From an uncultured virus (IMG/VR IMGVR_UViG_3300011906_000001) (lineage: Duplodnaviria; Heunggongvirae; Uroviricota; Caudoviricetes), in IMG/VR virus record IMGVR_UViG_3300011906_000001, positions 186,001 through 233,433 of that record: 47,433 nt of DNA. The stretch is one strand, 5' to 3'. The notes under the pieces are model-generated. The model was not told the origin of the DNA and searched no databases. It worked only from the letters and a program-made list of their open reading frames with translations. Positions 1 through 8,910 of this stretch are shown in pieces. The stretch's first letter is position 1; every line of letters starts with the position of its first letter. Both the position numbers and the translations under genes were made by a program.

Positions 1-1
1 C

Positions 2-1354
2 GATGCCGGCCCGCTGGTGGTCCCGACTGACTTCGACTTCAAAGACAGCCTGAAGGCCACTGCGCTGCTGGTCTCCTCGGTTAACCGTTGCGATGACATC
101 ATCGCCAAGCTGGTGGGTGAAACCCCGTTCAGCGTCGCGGCTATCAAAGGTCAGGACGAGTTCTTCACCAGCCGTATGGACCTGACCGGTGCTCCGAAGT
201 ATGACCTGATGGGTAACCCCAAGCGTTCGGATATCGTCATCTCCATGGGTCGTTCTTCCAAGAACACTCAAGGTGCTGATGACTTCTACGATGCTGACAC
301 CAGCTTCAACAGCCTGTCCTGCTTCGTAAACCTGGAGTACACCCCGCCGCAGGCTCAGCCTCAGGGTCCATGGAATCCCCAGCCGGTTCCGACCCAGCTG
401 TTCACTCCGACCATCGTAGTGACTGACGTCAGCCAAGCCGAATGGATCACCGCCAACACCGCTGAGCTGTATCTGCTGGCCCTGTCCAACGCTTACCGCG
501 TAACGGCCAACACTCAGTGGGCGCGTGCTTTCCTGCCGGTTATGGGTAAGAAGAAAGATCCGCGTGACATCGGTGCGCTGGGCTTCCTGGTTCAGAACCA
601 GAACGGTCAGCCGGGCACCAAGATCAAGACCAAAGGTGAGTCCTTCACCGATGCTGATTTTGTGACCCTGATGCAAACCCTGATCAAGCCGCTGCCGTCC
701 TTCCTGATCGACATCGACCCGATGGGTGAGAATGCCGCGATTGAAGGTCTGTTCCTGGAAGCTGCTGGTAATGGTCCGAACAAGGCCAAAGCCTCTGAAG
801 CCATTCTGCGGGCTGCCAACAACCTGACCAACAACGCCATGAGCGAGTTCTTCGATCACACCAAGTTCCCGATCGTTGTTCCGTACAACGTTGATGTGAA
901 CCTGGGCTACTATTTCGACGAGCATTCTGAGCGTCGTGATATCCGTGATCTGGGTACGCTGGAAATGCTGAACGCCACTGATGGTGATCTGGGTGCTTTC
1001 ACGGCCTGGTATCGTACCATGTGCGACACCTCCATCCCCACTGATCTGCGCATGAAGCAGCGCGCAGGCTTTGAGGAACTGTACCTGGGCTCCAACCTGG
1101 TGCGCACGGGTGTGGCTACTCGCATCATGTTCCATCCACAGTTCATTCAGGCACTCGATGCTGCATGCAGCAAAGTTGGCGTTAACGTCAACTTCGAGAA
1201 CCTGTCCACTGTGTTTGGTGTTCAGCGCTTCACCGGCAACGACCTGGTCGGTCAGTACACCGTACAGGGTGCTGCTCAGATCAACTACGCAGGTGGTCAG
1301 CAGCAAGCAGGCTATGGCATCAACAGCAACTACAACCCCGGTCGGATTTACTGA
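2..1354 (+). CDS. chmA: Chimallin (phage nuclear shell protein, phiKZ gp54-like), 5'-truncated by the window edge
   Basis: The frame is open from base 2. It lies directly upstream of the gp55-like RNAP subunit, the conserved position of chmA. The segment GYYFDEHSERRDIRDL and the Gly/Gln/Tyr C-tail match my recollection of ChmA. Strongly C-ending codon usage suggests very high expression, and a strong terminator follows. Confidence 0.85.
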   Translation, partial: DAGPLVVPTDFDFKDSLKATALLVSSVNRCDDIIAKLVGETPFSVAAIKGQDEFFTSRMDLTGAPKYDLMGNPKRSDIVISMGRSSKNTQGADDFYDADTSFNSLSCFVNLEYTPPQAQPQGPWNPQPVPTQLFTPTIVVTDVSQAEWITANTAELYLLALSNAYRVTANTQWARAFLPVMGKKKDPRDIGALGFLVQNQNGQPGTKIKTKGESFTDADFVTLMQTLIKPLPSFLIDIDPMGENAAIEGLFLEAAGNGPNKAKASEAILRAANNLTNNAMSEFFDHTKFPIVVPYNVDVNLGYYFDEHSERRDIRDLGTLEMLNATDGDLGAFTAWYRTMCDTSIPTDLRMKQRAGFEELYLGSNLVRTGVATRIMFHPQFIQALDAACSKVGVNVNFENLSTVFGVQRFTGNDLVGQYTVQGAAQINYAGGQQQAGYGINSNYNPGRIY

Positions 1355-1373
1355 TCGGTTTGAGCGATGCCTC

Positions 1374-1406
1374 AAGAGAGGAGCCCTTCGGGGCTCCTCT
1401 TTTTTT
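1374..1406 (+). terminator. Rho-independent terminator after chmA
   Basis: AGAGGAGCCC-TTCG-GGGCTCCTCT followed by a T-run. Confidence 0.9.
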
Positions 1407-1438
1407 GTTTATCAATCCACGCAAGAGGATGCTTAACT

Positions 1439-2899
1439 GTGGGGATTTATGCCGAAATGGTCGATATGGACGAGGCGTTTAACGCCTTGCCTTATGACCC
1501 TATCCTGGTTAATCAGTTCAATATCAGCATCCCGGAACAAAAGGAAGAATTCCGTCGGCATCTGTATAGCCATTATAAGGACGCAGAATCGATTGACACT
1601 GCTGCAAGCTGTCACTGCGGAACGATTCGGGATGTGCATCGAAAAGGGGTGATCTGTGATGTCTGTAATACCCCTGTCGAGATCACCAATGAAAAGGCCA
1701 TTACGCCTTCGATGTGGATCAAAGCCCCAGAGGGCATAGCAGCGCTAGTCAGTCCTGAAATATGGATCATGTTGGATGGGGCATTGAGTTCTAAGGAATG
1801 CAATTTCTTAGATTATTTAACCAACACCGACTATAGCGTTCAAGCCGATAAGATTTCTTCTAAGGACACTAAGAAGAAATATGACAAACTGGTTGAGAAG
1901 AACCTAGGACGAGGACTTAATAACTTCATCGAACGATTCGATGAGATCATCGAGTTTCTGTTCAGTGCTAACATCATCGACACGAACAAAGGTGAATTCT
2001 GGGTCTTCATTCAGGAGAACAAACACCTGTTCTTCCCCCAGTATATTCCGATCCCCTCAAAGATCTGTTTTGTAGTGGAATCGACCACCTCTGGGGTGTA
2101 CATCGATGAACCAATCGCACTAGGGGCGAATGCGGCGCACACCATCGCTAAGATCTATTCGAGTGCAACAGCGCTTAAATCGATCAAGCTTCAAAACCTG
2201 GTGGCTAAAGCGCTTAAATCGATCAGTCAGTTCCATGAGGTGTATGACAGAACTCGGATTGCGAGAAAACCTGGAATCATGCGAAAGCACGTACTAGGTG
2301 GTCGACTCGACTTCACTGGACGAGCTGTGATTACATCGATTTCCGTACCCCACAAGTATGACGATCTGTATCTACCTTGGGGCTTATCGGTTCAGCTCTT
2401 TAAATACCACATCATCAATAAACTGCTTAAGCGTAACAACCCATTAACCGGTTTGCCCTATAGTCCAAACGAAGCCTTGAACTTTGTGTACAGTAATGTA
2501 CTCCAATATAACCTTGAGTTGGATAACATCTTTAAGGAGTTGATTGCAGAAGCAAATGGTGGTCGTGGTCCCACGACGTTGCTCGCACGAAATCCAACGC
2601 TTCAACGAGGATCGATCCAACAGTTCTATACCGCCAAGATCAAAAGTAATATCGAAGATACGACGATATCTTTAAGTGTCATCTGTCTCAAATCTCCAAA
2701 TGCTGACTTTGACGGAGATCAGCTTAATTTGACTTTGATCTTGGATAATAAACTGGGTGATGCATTCAAACGACTAGCCCCACATCTATGGGTGTTATCG
2801 CTTGAAGAGCCTCATGCCATCTCTAGTAATCTGGAGTTGCAAGGACCTGGGGTGGATACCATATCCAATTGGCTTCATGCTGATTATTTAACCACTTAA
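1439..2899 (+). CDS. Non-virion RNA polymerase beta'-like catalytic subunit (phiKZ gp55/56.1-like), uninterrupted
   Basis: It has the catalytic motif NADFDGD, an N-terminal Zn ribbon (CHCG...CDVC), and GGRLDFTGRAVITS and RNPTL. GTG at 1439 with AGAGGA upstream is the preferred start, because ATG 1367 lies within the terminator region. Confidence 0.93.
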   Translation: MGIYAEMVDMDEAFNALPYDPILVNQFNISIPEQKEEFRRHLYSHYKDAESIDTAASCHCGTIRDVHRKGVICDVCNTPVEITNEKAITPSMWIKAPEGIAALVSPEIWIMLDGALSSKECNFLDYLTNTDYSVQADKISSKDTKKKYDKLVEKNLGRGLNNFIERFDEIIEFLFSANIIDTNKGEFWVFIQENKHLFFPQYIPIPSKICFVVESTTSGVYIDEPIALGANAAHTIAKIYSSATALKSIKLQNLVAKALKSISQFHEVYDRTRIARKPGIMRKHVLGGRLDFTGRAVITSISVPHKYDDLYLPWGLSVQLFKYHIINKLLKRNNPLTGLPYSPNEALNFVYSNVLQYNLELDNIFKELIAEANGGRGPTTLLARNPTLQRGSIQQFYTAKIKSNIEDTTISLSVICLKSPNADFDGDQLNLTLILDNKLGDAFKRLAPHLWVLSLEEPHAISSNLELQGPGVDTISNWLHADYLTT

Positions 2900-2916
2900 C
2901 CCAATCGAGGTAAACC

Positions 2917-3531
2917 ATGTCAATGCATGCATCTCTAGGCACCGATTTGATCGATGTCTATGCAGGGGGGCATTTGGATCAAAATGCAATTGCCTATCTT
3001 GATGGAAAATCTCAAGAGTTAAGGGCAACTGTTGGAGGTGAAGCCGCCCAGTTCTTTAACCAGGCGCGTAACCTCTATCAGGTCATCAGTGCCACAGATG
3101 CGACTCAGGTGCTTCGTAACCTTAAGAGTAAAGTCGATAAACTGTGGGCTGATAATACCATCACCAACCATTCCACACTGGCCTCCATTCAAACTGCTGG
3201 GACGGTAATGCAGCGATGGATCATGGCCCATCCTGGTATCAGAGGGATGTATCTGAATCAGGAAGTGGAAGGGTATAGCGGTAGTTATGTGAACTATCAT
3301 GGCGAAGCCATTGGGGCGTCACATTATGACTATCGCCGTGTGGTCGATGGCATTGCATTTGAAACAGAAGAGGGTTATCGGTATACGCAGTATCATGAAG
3401 CGATTACCGAGGATGATCCAGAGCTTACCTTGCACCAAAAGGTGGATATTCTAAACACCTGGAAAGCTGTTGAACATTATCTAGATGAAGCCGATGAGGA
3501 CCCCACTTCGGCTGTAGGTAATAAACTTTAA
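2917..3531 (+). CDS. Conserved phiKZ-like hypothetical protein (gp59-like by synteny)
   Basis: 204-aa ORF with a GAGG SD, positioned after the gp55-like gene. Confidence 0.7.
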   Translation: MSMHASLGTDLIDVYAGGHLDQNAIAYLDGKSQELRATVGGEAAQFFNQARNLYQVISATDATQVLRNLKSKVDKLWADNTITNHSTLASIQTAGTVMQRWIMAHPGIRGMYLNQEVEGYSGSYVNYHGEAIGASHYDYRRVVDGIAFETEEGYRYTQYHEAITEDDPELTLHQKVDILNTWKAVEHYLDEADEDPTSAVGNKL

Positions 3532-3543
3532 AACCCAAACAAA

Positions 3544-3579
3544 CATAAACAGGGAGAGCCTTAATGGCTCTCCCTTATG
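3544..3579. terminator. CATAA...TTATG-flanked hairpin
   Basis: AGGGAGAGCC-TTAAT-GGCTCTCCCT, a 10-bp perfect stem. Confidence 0.7.
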
Positions 3580-3588
3580 GAGGGTGTT

Positions 3589-4101
3589 ATGATGCATTCG
3601 ATGGACGATGATCAAGAACCTGAATTTGCAAACCTGATCATTGAGGATCTGGAGGTTCATCCTGATAAACTTGAAGGGCAACTCATTGAAGAGGAGCGCC
3701 CGGATAAACGAGAGTTTACCAAAGAATCAGACGGACAGTGGTATTGTGACGATAAGCCTGTTACGGTTGATTTGGGTTTTGTCGGGATAACCGATCTTTC
3801 CCAAGCCCAAACTCCTATCTCTATTGTTATCAGACAAGATGATGAAGATGAGGTATTGGTTAAAATCGAAGAAGGGGTGATTAAGCAAGCCTTAGTTAAC
3901 TCAAGTGGATTGGTGATTGATCTTAAATCCTTTAAGATTGCCGATGATTCTTATGCGGCTAAATTCTTTCTGACAGGCACCGCTCAAGAAAAAGCTGAGC
4001 AAAAGCTTAAATGGAAAGATGATACGGATCTTGATCTTCACATGGGATACATCCCAGTTGATTACGATGATCCTGACGATGACGAGCCAGAACTCGTCTA
4101 A
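3589..4101 (+). CDS. Acidic hypothetical protein
   Basis: D/E-rich ORF. GGAGG at 3579-3583 favours ATG 3589 or 3592 over 3577. Confidence 0.7.
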   Translation: MMHSMDDDQEPEFANLIIEDLEVHPDKLEGQLIEEERPDKREFTKESDGQWYCDDKPVTVDLGFVGITDLSQAQTPISIVIRQDDEDEVLVKIEEGVIKQALVNSSGLVIDLKSFKIADDSYAAKFFLTGTAQEKAEQKLKWKDDTDLDLHMGYIPVDYDDPDDDEPELV

Positions 4102-4117
4102 CCCTAAGGAAACCCCA

Positions 4118-4465
4118 ATGTCTTTTTATCACCTTGCTGTGTTTCACAACCAGTCATTGTCTTATGTCTTTGAAAAAAGGCCCGATGGGGTTTATTACAA
4201 AGAGGCCAATCTGCTTATTTATCTGGATTGTAACTTTGAAGGGTTTAAAATAAGAAGCTGCCGTCAAGCATTGGATTTTGAAATCAAATCAGATGAGAAG
4301 ACATTAAAACTGAGCACTGAACCGGCATTCAATAACCGACTAGGCTTTTTCAAACTGGAAAACAGTTACCAACTAAATGAACAGGGACTCTGGACGGAGC
4401 TTACCGAGTTTGAATTGCCGTATGAACACCCCATTGTTCAACGGATGGTGATCAAGGCCTTCTAA
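4118..4465 (+). CDS. Hypothetical protein
   Basis: AAGGA SD before ATG 4118, in frame with the 4019 ORF call. Confidence 0.65.
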   Translation: MSFYHLAVFHNQSLSYVFEKRPDGVYYKEANLLIYLDCNFEGFKIRSCRQALDFEIKSDEKTLKLSTEPAFNNRLGFFKLENSYQLNEQGLWTELTEFELPYEHPIVQRMVIKAF

Positions 4466-4505
4466 CAATACTTCGTCACCTCATTATGTGTTAGGGCTAA
4501 TTCCT

Positions 4506-4547
4506 CATAGGAGCTGCCTTAGGGCAGCTTCTTTATTTTCTTTTTTT
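4506..4547 (+). terminator. Terminator hairpin with T-tract
   Basis: AGGAGCTGCC-TTAG-GGCAGCTTCT followed by TTATTTTCTTTTTTT. Confidence 0.75.
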
Positions 4548-4567
4548 CATGATAAGAGGTCTTTAGC

Positions 4568-4975
4568 ATGACCACCTCCATTCCCACCTTAAGTTCAATT
4601 GGCTGGGTGAGCACGATCGAGAAGAAAGCCGATTATGTCCTCTCAACCTTTATTACCTGCAACCATTCGCAATCGATTCTCTTTGCAGGCAATACCACCT
4701 CGCTTCAATACCTGATCAAGCGCTATGCAGGAAAGCAGGTTGAATTTCAAGAGCAGCTTTATTCGGTATTAGATAATTTAATGACAGCGGCATTTAAAGA
4801 TGCCACTGTTGATGTTACGGTGGATGTGACAGTCCCAGACGAGTTAAAACCAACTGAACTCTGGATCAGGTTCAACTGTGTTATAACCGTAGAAGGGGTT
4901 GCGTACACCGTCGGAAAACTGGTTCAATCCATTGATTCTAAAATCACTCAAATCAAAGCCCTTAATGCAGGTTAA
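4568..4975 (+). CDS. Conserved phiKZ-like protein (gp62-like by synteny), possibly gp25-like fold
   Basis: 135-aa ORF with an AGAGG SD. The helix-then-beta-strand pattern is inferred. Confidence 0.7.
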   Translation: MTTSIPTLSSIGWVSTIEKKADYVLSTFITCNHSQSILFAGNTTSLQYLIKRYAGKQVEFQEQLYSVLDNLMTAAFKDATVDVTVDVTVPDELKPTELWIRFNCVITVEGVAYTVGKLVQSIDSKITQIKALNAG

Positions 4976-4977
4976 TC

Positions 4978-5388
4978 ATGACGCAATCAACCGATGTAAC
5001 AGAGATCCTCATGACGCGTCTGGCCATTCTTGAAAAGAAGTATGACCAGCTTGAGCGTAACATCCCCAAAATCTGCATGGGGGTGCTTCAGATGTTCTTT
5101 AAAGCTGCCGCTGAAGCGCGCAACAACCCTGGAGAATTCGAGTTCGAACTGTTTGATGTAACAACCGACAGCCTCGTCGATTCCATGCTGATCACCCTTG
5201 AGGAGGACACCCTCAAAGCGTTCACCTATGGTGGTCCTGACCAATGGGTTGAGGTGGATTGGATCATGAAAGATTCGATCATTTGGAATAAAGCGGTTCA
5301 CTTTCTTAAAACCAACAACATGACCGTGGCGTATGTTAAACTGGTGATGATTGAAACCCTGGGCGTTAAGGAGGATTCTCATGAATAA
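4978..5388 (+). CDS. Hypothetical protein
   Basis: 136-aa ORF tightly packed between its neighbours. Confidence 0.7.
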   Translation: MTQSTDVTEILMTRLAILEKKYDQLERNIPKICMGVLQMFFKAAAEARNNPGEFEFELFDVTTDSLVDSMLITLEEDTLKAFTYGGPDQWVEVDWIMKDSIIWNKAVHFLKTNNMTVAYVKLVMIETLGVKEDSHE

Positions 5389-5941
5389 CAAAGCCATTAA
5401 GTCGCATGAAGATATCCTTCTGGGCAATTCGCTTGAAACCATCTTAAGCTACAACGATTACATTCCAAGAATCTCGGAATATCAATTCCAACGCGATGTG
5501 TTGTTCTTGCTTAAAAACCCCTTTGATAAGCAAAACCTCATGCGGTATCAGCCATATGTACAAGAACTCACCCGGCCACTTAATGTTGTAGCCAATGACG
5601 ACCATAGCAAGGTACTGTTCCAGATTCCAGCCTTGATGATGAGTCCTAAGACCACCATTGCTAAAGGCAATGGGATGACGGCTGAGAACTTCTTCCAGTC
5701 GCTTCGTCGTGAATATGAGCTGGGGGGCAAACTTGTCAATGAGAAGATTGCCTTCTTCATGCAGAAAATCACGGTAGTACCCGATGTTCAAGAACATGTC
5801 ATCAATCCCCTACGTCAGATCCTAAATCAATACGGTCAGGATTTCGATGTGCCTGGATTGATTAATCCAACCGCCGCACAGGGTGCTTCTTCGATTAATG
5901 TTAATCGGGGCAGTTCATTTGAAAACGAGTATGAAGACTGA
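5381..5941 (+). CDS. Conserved hypothetical protein (gp64-like by synteny)
   Basis: AAGGAGG SD before ATG 5381; overlaps the stop of the upstream gene. Confidence 0.75.
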   Translation: MNNKAIKSHEDILLGNSLETILSYNDYIPRISEYQFQRDVLFLLKNPFDKQNLMRYQPYVQELTRPLNVVANDDHSKVLFQIPALMMSPKTTIAKGNGMTAENFFQSLRREYELGGKLVNEKIAFFMQKITVVPDVQEHVINPLRQILNQYGQDFDVPGLINPTAAQGASSINVNRGSSFENEYED

Positions 5942-7082
5942 TCGTTGTAAAGTCCCAGGTGAGTTTCGGTATATAACCTTTGGGGATGTCCATTTAGGGC
6001 ATCCCACTACCCCCACTAAACACACGCTTAAGGCATTAACCCATTACATCAATGACGATCTTATTAAATCAGTTGACATGATTGTCATTGAAGGGGATCT
6101 GTTTGATCATCTGTTGCATGCTGAAGACGATAACTTATACCTGATTCACCGCTGGATGACCTTCTTGTTGTTCAAGTGTGCAGCGTATAACACCATGCTG
6201 CGGATTGTAGAGGGGACGCCTCTGCACGACCGGCATCAGTCCAGGTTTTTTGTTGAACAAAAAAACAATGCTAAGATTGATGTCGATCTTCATTACGCCC
6301 AAGAGCTTTCGATTGAATACATTGAAAAGCTTGATGCTCATTTTTTGTATGTGCCTGATAAATGTAGGCCTCACACGGACGATATTTTAAGAGACGTTCG
6401 TGTGCTCTTAAAAGACAAAGGACTTACTCAGGTCGACTTTGCCATCATGCATGGCGCTTTCTCGTACCAATTGCCGGATGTGGTCACTGAACCGACCCAT
6501 GATGAGCGGTCCTATTTGGACATGGTTAAATACTTTATCATGATTGGCCATGTGCATATCAGAACGTCCTATGAGCGCATTCTAGCGGCGGGAAGCTTTG
6601 ACAGGCATTCTCATGGGGATGAGATCGAAAAGGGCTTCTACGACGTTACAGTGCGTTCTAGCGGCAACCATTCGATTGTCTTCAAAGAAAATAAGCTAGC
6701 CAAGCGATATGACACCATTGAATGCCATGGATTAGACACCAAAGCATTAAACGTCAAGATTCGTCAAAAGCTATCGACGTTGCCTAAAGGAAGCTCCATC
6801 AAGCTAAGGTGTAATGCCCATGATGCAGCCACAGGCGACATTAAGTTCTATCGTCAAGAGTTCCCTCAGTATGAGTGGGTAACCCCTCACATTGAAAAAG
6901 CCACCAAACCCAAAGAAAGCGTGGCTAATGCATTGGCCTCGTTTGATTTGTCTGAATTTATTCCCATTGACCCGCATTCCATTTTAAACCTGATAGAGCC
7001 TGAGCTGTTAAAGCAAGCGAAAGGATCTGTTGCCTGTGTAGCGCGGTGTAAACAATTGATGGGTGATCTTATTAAGGCTTAA
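5931..7082 (+). CDS. sbcD: SbcD/Mre11-like metallophosphoesterase nuclease (gp65-like)
   Basis: Calcineurin-like motifs in order: GDVHLGH, EGDLFD, EGTPLHD, MHG, GHVH, AGSF. Confidence 0.88.
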   Translation: MKTDRCKVPGEFRYITFGDVHLGHPTTPTKHTLKALTHYINDDLIKSVDMIVIEGDLFDHLLHAEDDNLYLIHRWMTFLLFKCAAYNTMLRIVEGTPLHDRHQSRFFVEQKNNAKIDVDLHYAQELSIEYIEKLDAHFLYVPDKCRPHTDDILRDVRVLLKDKGLTQVDFAIMHGAFSYQLPDVVTEPTHDERSYLDMVKYFIMIGHVHIRTSYERILAAGSFDRHSHGDEIEKGFYDVTVRSSGNHSIVFKENKLAKRYDTIECHGLDTKALNVKIRQKLSTLPKGSSIKLRCNAHDAATGDIKFYRQEFPQYEWVTPHIEKATKPKESVANALASFDLSEFIPIDPHSILNLIEPELLKQAKGSVACVARCKQLMGDLIKA

Positions 7083-7086
7083 TATC

Positions 7087-7923
7087 GTGGATAAAGAGCT
7101 TGTAACCCGAGAGGTTGGACAGTTTCCTTTAAGCATAGGCACAAGCCTTGCCTTAGAAGCTGTCCTAGGACTTCACCCCAACCCTCCCAAACAACCGGCT
7201 GGTTATAAATCCCTACAAAGTCTTTGGATTAATTTAAGAACCTTAACCCGCAATCTTTATCAGGCCATGAAAGCCGATGAAGCGAAGAACATCAAGTTCA
7301 TCAATGCGGTGATTGTGCTTTTAAATGAAATCCAATCGATTCCTCAAGTGTTGAGTAATGCAGGGTCTTCCATAAAACCTGTGCTTTATGTAGAGGACAT
7401 GAATGAGTTTAAATGGCTGTATCCCCATGCCAAACTCAAGGTGCCTAAAACCGATAAACAGGTTCACTACAAAACCTATGAAGACATGGTGTTGGCCATG
7501 CTTCTTGAGCATTTAAAAGAGGAAAAGATCCCTTTTACGGTCGTTAAGAGAAGACCCCCTGCTCAACATGTTCAAGCCATGATGCTCACGCACGAACCGC
7601 ATCAATTGTTATGGAAAGAAGCATTCGACCGATTGATGCTGCTTGAGTCCCATACTGGCAAGCTTAAGTTGTATAACAACTGGTACACCAAGCTCAACAC
7701 CAACACTGACGAATCAGTGTTTCCGTTCAACCGGTATACGTTACAGGTCTTTGGAGACGGATCTCTGTTTGATGCTCAAGCTCGAAACATCAAAGATGAA
7801 TTAAAGCAATTGGCTTCGTACAAGAGATGGACGGGGTTGACCTCATACGAAAAGATGAGGTCAGATATATTCAATGTAGGCTCTCAAGCACTTAAGAAGA
7901 ACTACGCTGAATTGAACCCTTAA
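7087..7923 (+). CDS. Conserved Chimalliviridae core protein (gp66-like)
   Basis: Long ORF between sbcD and chmC. GTG 7087 avoids overlap with the upstream gene. Confidence 0.75.
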   Translation: MDKELVTREVGQFPLSIGTSLALEAVLGLHPNPPKQPAGYKSLQSLWINLRTLTRNLYQAMKADEAKNIKFINAVIVLLNEIQSIPQVLSNAGSSIKPVLYVEDMNEFKWLYPHAKLKVPKTDKQVHYKTYEDMVLAMLLEHLKEEKIPFTVVKRRPPAQHVQAMMLTHEPHQLLWKEAFDRLMLLESHTGKLKLYNNWYTKLNTNTDESVFPFNRYTLQVFGDGSLFDAQARNIKDELKQLASYKRWTGLTSYEKMRSDIFNVGSQALKKNYAELNP

Positions 7924-8043
7924 CTAAAGAAATACTCACACCCTTATCATGTGAAGAAATCACCCCACACGTGCCAGAAAAGGACATAGTTCCTTTTAAA
8001 GGGTATGATCGCAACCTCACTTAAATAAATGGATGAAGCCATT

Positions 8044-8772
8044 ATGAGCGATAACCGCAAACCCATCAAACTCACTGTCTTTGATGTCATGTCCAACTGG
8101 ATCTTTGCATCGCCTGTTCAAGGGGGCACCAAGCGTCCTAACCTGCGCATCAAGATTCTGGGTAACGTTCCTCGCATCACGGTTAAGACTAACGTGGATG
8201 GGGACAAGCAGTTTGGCAAGATTGATTTCCAAACCGACCTGCCGACCTTCGCTGCTGCCATGTACAAGCTCAAGGAAATGGCTGAAGGCCGTGACACCAG
8301 TGATGGTTACAACTTCGACTACGAAGATGACTTCCTGGCTGGCAAGAAGCTTGACAATAAGATCATTATCAGCACCCTTCAAATTGGTCGTGATGCCAAT
8401 AGCGGTAAGCTGTACATTGCTGTTCTGTCGGGGGATAAGAGCCGTCCTCGTATTCAGTTCTTCTTCGGCCCAAGCAAGTACCACAACATCCGTCGCCGTG
8501 ATGGCAGTGCCATTACCGAAAAGGAAATGAGTGAAGCCTACGCCATCGGCTTCCTGAAGCCTGCCTGCGATCTGGTTTACCAGTACCTCATTGAAAACTT
8601 CGATGAAGACGCCAAGAACGTACCGAAAATGCAAGGTGCTCCAGGCGGGTACGGTGGTGGTAACAATAACAACCGGGGTGGCGGTAACTACAACAGCGGT
8701 GGTTATAACAACCAGAGCCGTACTCCAGCGCCTGCTGCCGATGGTTTTGATGATGATGTACCTGACTTCTAA
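8044..8772 (+). CDS. chmC: ChmC-like nucleus-associated nucleic-acid-binding protein (Whirly-type domain plus G/N-rich disordered tail)
   Basis: Lies directly upstream of the gp68-like gene, as ChmC does. The beta-rich N-domain is followed by a GGYGGGNNNNRGGGNYNSGGYNN tail and an acidic end. Codon bias suggests high expression. Confidence 0.75.
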   Translation: MSDNRKPIKLTVFDVMSNWIFASPVQGGTKRPNLRIKILGNVPRITVKTNVDGDKQFGKIDFQTDLPTFAAAMYKLKEMAEGRDTSDGYNFDYEDDFLAGKKLDNKIIISTLQIGRDANSGKLYIAVLSGDKSRPRIQFFFGPSKYHNIRRRDGSAITEKEMSEAYAIGFLKPACDLVYQYLIENFDEDAKNVPKMQGAPGGYGGGNNNNRGGGNYNSGGYNNQSRTPAPAADGFDDDVPDF

Positions 8773-8785
8773 TTAAGACAACATA

Positions 8786-8812
8786 TTCCCCAGGGTCTAA
8801 TGCCCTGGGGGA
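8786..8812 (+). terminator. Hairpin after chmC
   Basis: TTCCCCAGGG-TCTAATG-CCCTGGGGGA. Confidence 0.7.
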
Positions 8813-8831
8813 TCTGTCCTTTAGTGGGTTC

Positions 8832-8858
8832 CAAATAAAATAAAAACTATATCATTAG
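8832..8858 (+). promoter_or_regulatory. Candidate phage promoter (copy 1) CAAATAAAATAAAAACTATATCATTAG
   Basis: Near-identical to 13833-13860. Both copies precede nvRNAP subunit genes, and the TATATCAT core resembles the TATTAC-type early promoter of phiKZ. Confidence 0.65.
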
Positions 8859-8910
8859 TCTGAATGAACCCAAACCCAATCGGGCGTTAATGTCAAGAGG
8901 AGCTCATGCT

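Noticed and set aside
1367..1438. N-terminal extension of the RNAP subunit from ATG 1367
   Set aside because: It runs through the chmA terminator. GTG 1439 has an SD and matches the expected N-terminus.
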